From assembly GCA_002633005.1 (NCBI GenBank), contig NMRA01000551.1:220209-284208 (forward strand): a stretch of 64,000 nucleotides of DNA. Reading direction: 5' to 3'. The notes beneath the pieces are model-generated. The model searched no databases. It worked only from the letters and a program-made list of their open reading frames with translations, and was not told where the DNA came from. A program made the translations under genes and the position numbers. This stretch comes from Phoronis australis (Eukaryota; Animalia; Phoronida). How positions within the stretch are numbered: position 1 is the first letter of the stretch; each line of letters opens with the position of its first letter. Below, one piece after another: positions 36,613-47,100 of the stretch.

Positions 36613-36618
36613 TTTATT
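36613..36618 (-). terminator. Candidate polyadenylation signal of the FCHO gene
   Basis: TTTATT on + (AATAAA on -), ~1.5 kb past the stop codon. Confidence 0.4.
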
Positions 36619-36791
36619 TCCACCATTAGAACTCCATTGCACTGTGTACAGATGACAAGAATTAACCAGTTGTACCGTACAAAATTTTAAGACATTCCAA
36701 AATTAGTTTCAAACCTAAAACAACCATATGTTAGAGGTTAAACAGACTTGGAGGTATTGTGCAAATCTCCAAGTGACCCCTAGGTAATAGA

Positions 36792-37331
36792 TTGCATTGT
36801 CACATGGTATAGTCAGTATCACAACATAACACTTGCCAAGATAGGTTGCATTGTAACATGGTATAGTCAGTATCACAACATAACACTTGCCAAGATAAGT
36901 TGCATTGTAACATGGTATAGTCAGTATCACAACATAACACTTGCCAAGATAAGTTGCATTGTAACATGGTATAGTCAGTATCACAACATAACACTTGCCA
37001 AGATAAGTTGCATTGTAACATGGTATAGTCAGTATCACAACATAACACTTGCCAAGATAAGTTGCATTGTAACATGGTATAGTCAGTATCACAACATAAC
37101 ACTTGCCAAGATAAGTTGCATTGTAACATGGTATAGTCAGTATCACAACATAACACTTGCCAAGATAAGTTGCATTGTAACATGGTATAGTCAGTATCAC
37201 AACATAACACTTGCCAAGATAAGTTGCATTGTAACATGGTATAGTCAGTATCACAACATAACACTTGCCAAGATAAGTTGCATTGTAACATGGTATAGTC
37301 AGTATCACAACATAACACTTGCCAAGATAAG
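36792..37331. repeat. Minisatellite, 54-bp unit x10, near-identical, probably in the FCHO 3' UTR
   Basis: Unit TTGCATTGTAACATGGTATAGTCAGTATCACAACATAACACTTGCCAAGATAAG. Confidence 0.97.
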
Positions 37332-38094
37332 TTTCATCAAAAACTGTGTTCAGTGGACTGACCACTAATCAGGAGGGTGTGAGACTGTTCTGAACTCACC
37401 GTAGAACAGAAAATTAAGCAAAATCAGGTCCACTAGATAAAACTTGTAGTAAGCAAATATTTTGTGGAATGTGGTGGTGATGAGGCAGTGTCTGGTGGAT
37501 GACAAGGAGCCCTGTCCCTCAGTCATACTTAAGACATCCACGAGTCACACATTTGACAAAATATTTGTGAACTTTACTGCAGGAGTACACTGTATGTTAC
37601 AAATTAAATGTCACAGGAAAGTAAACCATTAACACAATTCAGTCTAACAGTAGTATAGGATATAAATATGTTTTAGAAAGAGTCAATGTCATACAAGAGG
37701 CAGCATAAGGATAACCACAGGGTGAAAAGCTCTGAATAACTTTCCATGTTATTTCAGCCAATTTTCATAAAAATCCGACTACACTAACAAACGTAACAAG
37801 ATAAAATGATACAGCAACTCAAAATGAAGACCAACATAAGAATTGAAGACTTTAATAGCAAAAACAAGTCAACCTTTAGCTATATGAACACCCCACATGT
37901 CCTAGATGTGTCAACAATTGGTCAGAAGGCAATCACAGGTCTGTGAGAACAGAGGTTTTGGCATAACTGACCAGCAAAATGGAGCTAAACAATTAGTTTT
38001 CCTTAACACTCTCTAAAATCTTTAACGGATCATCACCAGATTTTACGTTATCTTTTCAAGTAATCTCTAAACAATCATCCACTGTGTGTCGACG

Positions 38095-38138
38095 TCATAC
38101 GTATCGAATCTCTGCATCCGTCTCTGCGAAATATTTTC
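38095..38138 (-). CDS. FCHO2: FCHO last coding exon: (G)[13 protein letters not shown]
   Basis: Acceptor ttttcatag|, phase 1, TGA at 38097-38095. Confidence 0.85.
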
Positions 38139-41100
38139 CTATGAAAAGACAAAATAAACATTTTCCACTTCTGTCATACAGTGCAGGTCTGACAGAACAT
38201 GTTCACACAAACATTTTAACTCAGAACTCAACAAAATCTTTGCACACAGGAGCACCAGGTAGTAACAAAATATATGCGTTTTCTATTCCAGCAAGTGAAG
38301 TGATTACTTGAGGGCTGTTCCAGCAAAATCTGTGTGGGAGGGGGGGAAGGCAACTGAAATAAAAATTTATGGGTGGTTGCGTTTGATTTAAATTCAAAAT
38401 GGCTGGTGGTCGTACTTCAAAAAAATAAAAATTTACAGGTCGTTGTTGTTTCATTGGGCCATAAATGTTTGATGGTGGGTAATTTTAGTAAATTTTATAA
38501 ACAATCAGCACAGAATCAAAAACTGAAACAAAAATGCAACTTGCAAAGAGCTCCGACTTTTTCACTCCCTCTGATCTCCTCATCGGCATGCCCATAACAC
38601 CATTTAACCACAGGTGCTCGAATTTCTCGATGGCTAATAACCATATATAAGAAACATATGTTTTCTTAGTAATGAATGACGTTAGTGGTGATGGAGGAAC
38701 AGATAAACTTAAGCGCCTGTGCAGTCAACCACAAGACCAAAAAAAAATACGGGTGGTTGTATTTCAAACTTATAAAAAATTACAGGTGGTAGGCTGAAGA
38801 AATAAATGAAAAATATGGGTGGTGGGTGCGAAAAAAAGGTGCCTTCCCTCCCCTCCCATACAGATTTTACATTTTCAAAATCATTCAAAAATCATTTGCA
38901 CAAATGCTCAGCATAGTGTTGTCCCAAATTCAACTCTTCCCTTCTCGGAGGTAGATAAAAAATTATGAAATGGCCTTAGTAACTGAAGGTTAGATGGTTA
39001 GCACACTCAGAGAAGGAAAGAGTGATATCTGGCACCACATTCAGCTTGTCAATTTTACATGACTACACCGCAACTCGCAATAAGTAGCAGTGAATTTTTA
39101 CTGGCATAAGAATGACTACTGAATAACAAGTTTTAATGAAAAATAGTAAGACCACAGCAACTACTTGGTATTTTCATGAAAAATAGTAAGACCACAGCAA
39201 CTACTTGGTATTTTAATGAAAAATAGTAAGACCACAGCAACTACTTGGTATTTTCATGAAAAATAGTAAGACCACAGCAACTACTTGGTATTTTAATGAA
39301 AAATAGTAAGACCACAGCAACTACTTGGTATTTTAATGAAAAATAGTAAGACCACAGCAACTACTTGGTATTTTAATGAAAAATAGTAAGACCACAGCAA
39401 CTACTAGGTATTTTAATGAAAAATAGTAAGACCACAGCAACTACTTGGTATTTTAATGAAAAATAGTAAGACCACAGCAACTACTTGGTATTTTCATGTT
39501 GGATGATATTAACCCCACAGCTGTCACTCATCAATCTTTGGTAAAATTTTGAACATGTGTAGCAACACAGTAACTCTTTGAGACATAGAAAACACCAATT
39601 CCAGAAAACTTGTATAATGTTTACCTTACTAGAGGTAAATGAAACACCCTACCTGTGGCAAATCGCTTCTTGCCCAGGGACAACCTGTATCCTGGACCGG
39701 CCAGTTCAAAGTCTACCCCTGACAAGGTGGTGCCCTCACATGTGAACTGCACCGCCACCGTGCTTGGCGCTGTCTGCTCAGACACTGTGAACTTGGCACG
39801 CAAACAGTTGACACCGCTGTCCTCGTTAGACGGGGAAATGTCCGGCAGTTTCCACACTGCTCGCTTGCTTTCTGCAGACCTGTCATAATGGTGAACCGTA
39901 AATAGTGAATGGTAAATAGTGAATGGTAAATAGTGAATAGTAAATGCGAATGTGACTAACTTGATTTTAATACACTAAGTGAACCAAGTTGGTATGCTAA
40001 ATATGAAGAAAAATGCCAGCTTTCAGAAGTTTTCCTTGATTCTTTTTTCAGATGTCAAAATTTATGCTTACCATTGTCAACCTAGAAGCAAAGTTCAATT
40101 GATCTAGCATCCAACATTTTCTATTCTATAACAGATTCTCAAGCACTGTGAATACAACAAGCCACAAAAAACATGGCAAGACACTATGCCTGAGTCTTTT
40201 TTGACCTTTGACCTGAGATGGACGTCACCTATGGCAGGGTTACACCTGTCTCTCAAACTTCCTACTTCCAATTCCAAGTTGCACCCAACCAGCTCCATTT
40301 GATTCATCTTAACATCTAAGCTCGAGGTTTCATATTTTGCTCAAATGGACAATAAATGTTACAAAATAGACAATGAAAAAGAAACTACGAGATGCCCAGC
40401 CCTACATGCAGAAACCTATTTACACATACAGTGGACAAGCAGTTATCATCCCCTTTACTTTCAATAATCAAATCTTTAAGTTTGAAATCATACTTTCAAC
40501 CTGCTGAAGCAAATAAGAAAAACTAAAACTGGGTGAAAATGATAGCCGTGACAAAGAGTCTTCGAGGTTGAAGGGACAGACCTACTGCTTTAAAGACCAC
40601 TCACCAGGTGGCTTCAGGTAGAGACTGCACGTCTATCACTTGACCGTTGAAGGGGACAAGGAAGGTGACGTTATTAAGAGGCAAGGACTTGTGCATGGCG
40701 CCTGAATTATAGGAGTAGTCTAAGCGGAAGTCTGTGGTACTTGGTTCACACTTCCAGTAGGTCACTAACTTGAGAGGTGTGTTGGCTGCGCCGGAGGACA
40801 CTTTCACCTGAGCAACAATGGGACAAATTAACACGCAAAACTGTTGGTAGCCACCATGATGACACTTTGATGGAGAGAAAATGGGGATAAATGAATACGT
40901 AAACAGTGAATCATTCACAAGCCTTCAGGCTCGTTGGGTTTCTGTAGCGCGAGCAGATGAATGTCCCCTAGCTGCCTGTGGATGCGACACTAGTTAAGTG
41001 TTGGTTACTTGCCTGCTGATACTGTCACTTGTACACGCTGCACTATTGTCTTACTTACATACCCAGCAATAAGACAACAGCCTACAGTCCAACTAGCAAC

Positions 41101-44100
41101 CTTTCAGTTGAGGGACTACAACCCTCAGTCACTGACCCTAATGGGCACTGCTGAATAAATAGGTAGTAACCCAGCATGCTTCATCAGGTTTAGCTTAGGT
41201 ACAGGTGTAATAGCAATAAGTTATGACAACTCTGATAAACTTCAGGGCAACAAAGCATGTTTCTTTGCCAAAGGTTTTGGATCATGCTTGGCGTCAAGAG
41301 ACATTCCGACTCCTGTAATGCTAAGACACTAGTCACTTGAGCAATTGCATACCAAATATCTCAGTCAAATTCATCACACATGCTACATAGAAATCTGAAA
41401 AATAAAACACATAATTTGGAGCAAGAACTGTTTAAAGTTGCTACACGATTTTGAAATTTCGAGCAGTGTCTTTTCATTTCATAGTCAGAGATATCCAGAA
41501 ATTTGAAGCACATTACAAATGTCTACCAGTCAGGGAGATATTCCATCTTTGAATCACAAACACAATGCTGCATAGAATACAGATAAAATAAAATTTTGAT
41601 CAAATTTGCAGTTTTGACAGAAGACCTACTTAATAACTTGCTATTAACAAAGTCATTCACAGCTGTGATTGGATGATTGTCAAAGCACTTCTGCACCACG
41701 GCAACGATGAGGAATTTCCAAGGAGGCAAATTCACAGATAAAGTTCACAACTTTGGCAAAACCATTCACTAGGAAATGGCAAATTGACTGATCTATTAAG
41801 GGCTATCATACCTGGAACACAAGATTCTAAATTCTACAAAATTATGAAGTTCTGACAATTTTACTTCTGTATGTCAGCACAACCTCTAAAAGGTTCATGT
41901 CAGCAGAGATGTTTACAGAGGACATTGACCATGTCAACCAACAAATGTATCAGAAACAAAGGTGACAACATTCAACTCCCAACCTAAATAACAGTCAACT
42001 CTGCCAAGGACTGGACCCTTGTGCAGGGAAAGTTTGGAGGGAAATCAAGCAATTGGGATTAGAATAACTTTCATTATATTGTAATGTACTAAAATAGTTG
42101 CATATGTCTCTCACCAGACTGGTGATATTTTCCTGTACTTGTATCCCAAGGGCAAACTTATTTATGTAAATACACCTTAGGTACTTATATGCCATAAAGG
42201 ATTCTTGCGATGAAACAAAGGGCGCGTCCTAATGCAGTGTCCTCCACAACAGAAAATTTAAACTCAACCGGGATAACCAAATCTGTATATACAACTAGAA
42301 AGTCCATATGTATGAAACTGTGCTCGAACTAGCCACTTTGTTCACCTATCTCGTCATGACAAAGAGAAAAAAGAAGTCATAGAGAAGTCATTGCTGTGCT
42401 ACCAACTGGAAATAAGTACTTGCATATATATCCAGGTGGCAGCACAGGTTAGTTAGTCCATGGTTAACAATACATTACATTACATCTTGTAGTCAGTTTA
42501 GCTTAGGTACAGGTGTAATAGCTGAGTTATGACAACTCTGATAATTATATGTAGTCAGTGCATCTTGCTCATTACGACTGAGAAAAAAAAAATTACGAAT
42601 GATTCTTGTTTGTGGCCACAATATCATCTATTATAAGCAAAGATGCCAATTCATACTTACTGTGTATTTTAGTATGTCAATGTTGAAATATGATGCAGAC
42701 GCATTCCTTTCTTGTTGAGTCCGTAGGTGTTCAGTTAATGCTGTCATATTGAACGAATAATTACTAGATTTGTTCACAGCTTGATTACTATCCCTGAAAA
42801 TAAAACAATTTCTAACAATGTTTTTTGAGAACAGTGCATAAACCATAATATCCGAGAGTTTCACATGAATCCAGACAGCCGTTTCTGAGATGTGGTGTTC
42901 CGAAATTTGCCAAACTTGGCCATTTTTATAGGGTCCCACATAAACTTAACTCATAATAAGCGCAGTTAGCTGAGAAAGCTAAAGTCCTTACTCAGTGTGT
43001 TAACAGCTGAACTCCTTCTCTCTGATGTTAAGCTGATTTCTCACTGCTCAATAATCCAAGCTGAGTTCTGAATTCAGCTCACTACGGCTCACACATTGCA
43101 TACTAAGATGTGAACAATAGTCGATGCTTTTCTATATATGCCTGCATTTAGGCCTAAGCACCATACTCACATGAACTGAGACTAATACTCAATGCATTAA
43201 GAGGCGAGTTTAGTACTCACTGTGTTACGAGCTGCTTGTTTAACTGAACGCTATCCAGCTGGTGTGAGTTAGTGATGCGGAAAGTGAGTGCAGGTGGGAC
43301 TCTGTTCTCTGTCAGTACTCGCACTATACCAGCGGGGAATGAGATCATGAGGTTACCCGTGACCACAGCTCGACACCTACAATACAGCCAACATCACGAT
43401 TATCAGATATTCCACAACATTTTACGTTAAAACTTGAGGTCTACGAAAAGCAGAATGCGCAACGCTCAGCTGTTCCAATTCACAATACAACACCTTGTGG
43501 TGATACAAACTATCACAATCTGGCTTGTAACAACCCTTGATATTGGTAGTCTAACATGTCCAACTCTTGACTTTATTGCTCCTTAACAGAAATGCTTAAA
43601 TTTGTATTCAGAACAGTGATTCTAAAAAAATCTGTTTCTGTGCCAGATTAACGCTGTAGGTATTTAAAAGGAATACCACTCTGTGAAACATCACACAGCT
43701 TGCGAGAGCACTAAGGGTCAACTTCCCTAAAGAAACTGTCCAAATATGAGGGGTAAAATGTGCCAACACGTGCCAGTGTTCTACACACACAAAAAAGCAG
43801 TTTTCGGAGGAGCGGATAACAATCACTACTTAACAGACTACAGACGAGTGATGACCTTCATTACCACTTACACTGGATAAAGTGCTTGATGTGAAATAAT
43901 CTTCCAGAAAAACGTTCATATTAAGTTTTCAGAATTGAGCTTGGTCAGAAATTTAGTTTTAGGCTCCTGCTTTGCTACCACTGACATTTAGCAACGTAAA
44001 TTGTTAGCATATGTCAGCATAGAGACTGACACTGTTTTTAGTTGTATTGTTTTGTTTTGTGGTTCTGTTTGATTGACATGACCCCTGAGTTAAGTACAGT

Positions 44101-47100
44101 GATGAAGCAGTTTGTTTACTGCAGTATAGTGTGGAACTTTCTAGAAGATTCTAGCATGACAGTGATTAATGCAGTCTAGAATATTCTAGAGACTAGTACA
44201 TGTTTGTAGAATGGTTGGGTAGATTCAGGAAAGTTCTAGAATGTGCTTGAATTGATGAAAAGCTCCAGAACAATGCATTAGGCTATAAATACACTAGCAC
44301 GGGTTTGTGTTAGTCAGATCAAGTCAGCAGTTCATCAGGAGATAAAGTCAGTTCAAGAAAGTTCATCAGGAGAACTACAGTTGAGTTGCAGTGAAGAGAA
44401 TCAGCAGTTACAGCAATAGTCAATAGAGAGCCAGCTATAGACACAGCAGGTTATTGAATCAACGAGTGTAACAGTTGCTGAACGTGTCTCAGAAGTTCAT
44501 CACAAGTCAAGGCTTCGCAGCACTGGCTGGAGCATAAAACAGACATTACGTCGGACGTTTTGTTTGAGTAGGCTTGTGAACATACGGTCGGGATTAAAAA
44601 AGGATTAACTCGAACCAGTCTTCAGTCAATCATCGCACCGAAAGCTATTAGCACCGGTCTGTAACAACCTGCGCCCACCCACACACGGGGAAAAACGTGA
44701 CAGCATATCATAGTTCAGCAACAACTCATACAAGTTATCCAATCACTTATCGAGTATGTTCTCAGACTTAGTATTTTGTTGCACTGAGATTACATTATTC
44801 CTCAGAAATAGCTGCGTAGAGCATTACTGCGTAGAGCATTACTGCGTAGAGCATTACTGCGTAGAGCATTACTGCGTAGAGCATTACTGCGTAGAGCATT
44901 ACTGCAGATAAAATTTCCTACTTCAGCCTTCAATCACTTTACAAGAAATAGAACAGAGCACCCAGAGCCCATTCACATACTTGGTTTCATCTGACCCTTT
45001 GAAATAAGCGTTAACCGTCTCAGTGAAGGCCACAGCCACGGGTATGGTGTCTGCCATGCCTATTGTGAGGGGGCTGGGGCCCCTGAAGGTGGATATGCTA
45101 GAGCCACTTTCAGCTCGGGGCACCCCAGGTATGGCTGGACTCTGCCGACCATTGGGTCGAGCCGTCATCTGTAAGAACAGCCAGTGAAACAGTGTTCATA
45201 ATTCTAATTCATGGTACATTTTCAAAAGAATTCATTAACAAAGGAATGTAACATTCACACCTTTGGCCATAAGAAAGTTGAAATTGCCAACTAGACAATC
45301 CAATTGTCAATCTCTATTAATTAGAATTTCTATGTTACCTGTGACTACAGTTGTTTCTGAAATTTACCTCATCAAACTTTTACCTGACAAAACACCCCCA
45401 CAGCAGCAGCATAGCTTACCTGGCTTCCAATAGATGTCCTTGATGTTCTAGCAGCAGCAGTAGGCGGTCCAGGAAGAAATGCAGTCTCTGGATTGTGATT
45501 CGACTTTGGTGGAATGGGTGGGGGCTCGACATTGTTGTTACCCAGAAAGTCAGGAGTTTCTGCAAGTGAAAATTCAAGAGCTGTGTAAACAAGATCACTA
45601 AAAGCAAACCACTTCGATGATTTTTTACCCTTCAACAGCTACAGCACACGTGAAAAATTAAAAAGATAAAATTCTTCAAAACTCCTTTTTATTACAACTG
45701 AGGGCATGTGCCACTGCCCATCACAACAGAGGGCGCTGAGAGAAGGCAGAATTTGCCATCAGAGTAGCTGGAATAATGAGACAAAGTTATTTGTACCATT
45801 ATTTTTGGAGTGCATTGTAAAATGTGCCACTCACCTTGCACCACAACTCATGACAACACAAAATTAATGCTACTTGTCAAAATGAAAGTGAAGAACAATA
45901 AATTTCTACAACAATAAAACAACGAAATTGGAGGCAAAACACAGGACTAATCAAGTTGTACGTTTCCAAGTATAATTCCAAGCCACACACAAAACACAAA
46001 TGACAAGAACTCGACACTACTTTTATGGCAGGCTTTTGATGTTTCGCTACATAAAACTTACTTCTAGCTGATGTCCAGGCTCCATCATTCTGAGGAGAGA
46101 ATGAATCACCCGACGCCTTGCCAGCAAAGAAGTCTATGTTGAGTAAGTCGTTCTGACTGTTGCTAGATGAGAACTCGGGCTTCTCACTGGAAAATGTCAT
46201 CACTAATGTTACAGGACAGGAACAAGAATCACAACATAGGGTGTGACCAGTGACCTATGACCCATGACTAGTGACCAATAACTTGTGAATCATTTTTTTC
46301 AGAATACTTAGTAATACAAAAGGATGTTTTTTGCTCTTGAAATGGTTGCCACTCGCTGCTCACAGCAAGCATTAATGAACGAGTTGTACTAAAATCTCAG
46401 TGTACTTAAAGTAACTTTGTCACATTCATACTATGAACAAAGTTGACAAATATGTACACAGAAAGCGGTAGTAGCAAGCTCCCCAATGGATCCCACATCA
46501 GGAGCTGGCCTTCAGACGTCCGAGCATCACCTGATCAACAAAATATTCGCTTCCTGCACTGTATGTAAAACCTGAAGTGTTTAAACTACAACAGAATCAT
46601 GCGAAAAAACTATGATAAGTAAGAGTCATTCTGGGCTTAGGGTCTAATCTTTTTTCTCACACGCACACATTTAAAAATGAAAATAGGGTTCATGGAATAA
46701 AGATGGTGAAGGTCAGAGCAAGGATAGTTGTAGCAGTTGAATCAATACTTCTAAAGTTTATGCTAGGTCTTCATGGTTGCTATCAATGGTTAACTTGTAA
46801 ATCTACCAACCCAGTACTCTGTTATTGTACAATATAAAGAATAGTGCAAAGTAACATGCATAATATGCTTGAAAGCATTGTGAGTAGAGAAAATATAACC
46901 AACTAATTCTGATAACGAGCGAGAATTATTAAAGCCAGCGCAAGCTAATACTGAAGGAAACGGAACTCAAAAGCATACTCAAGCGTATCTGAAAGTGAGG
47001 CTGACCTCTTCATGACATCCGTCCTGGAGACATTTCTCCGCCTCTGAAACCAGCATGTGGTGACACACAAATGAGCAAAACAATAAAAACACATATTCCA

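Noticed and set aside
36715-37365. 216-aa and 172-aa Cys-rich repeat ORFs
   Set aside because: They come from a 54-bp minisatellite (a multiple of 3) with near-identical units and no synonymous divergence.
40920-41140. Possible tRNA-derived SINE on the - strand
   Set aside because: The A/B boxes are too degenerate and there is no second copy in the window.
45723-45738. CTCF-like motifs (also ~4489, ~26258, ~35821)
   Set aside because: Matches of this quality are expected by chance in 64 kb. They need PWM scoring and ChIP data.
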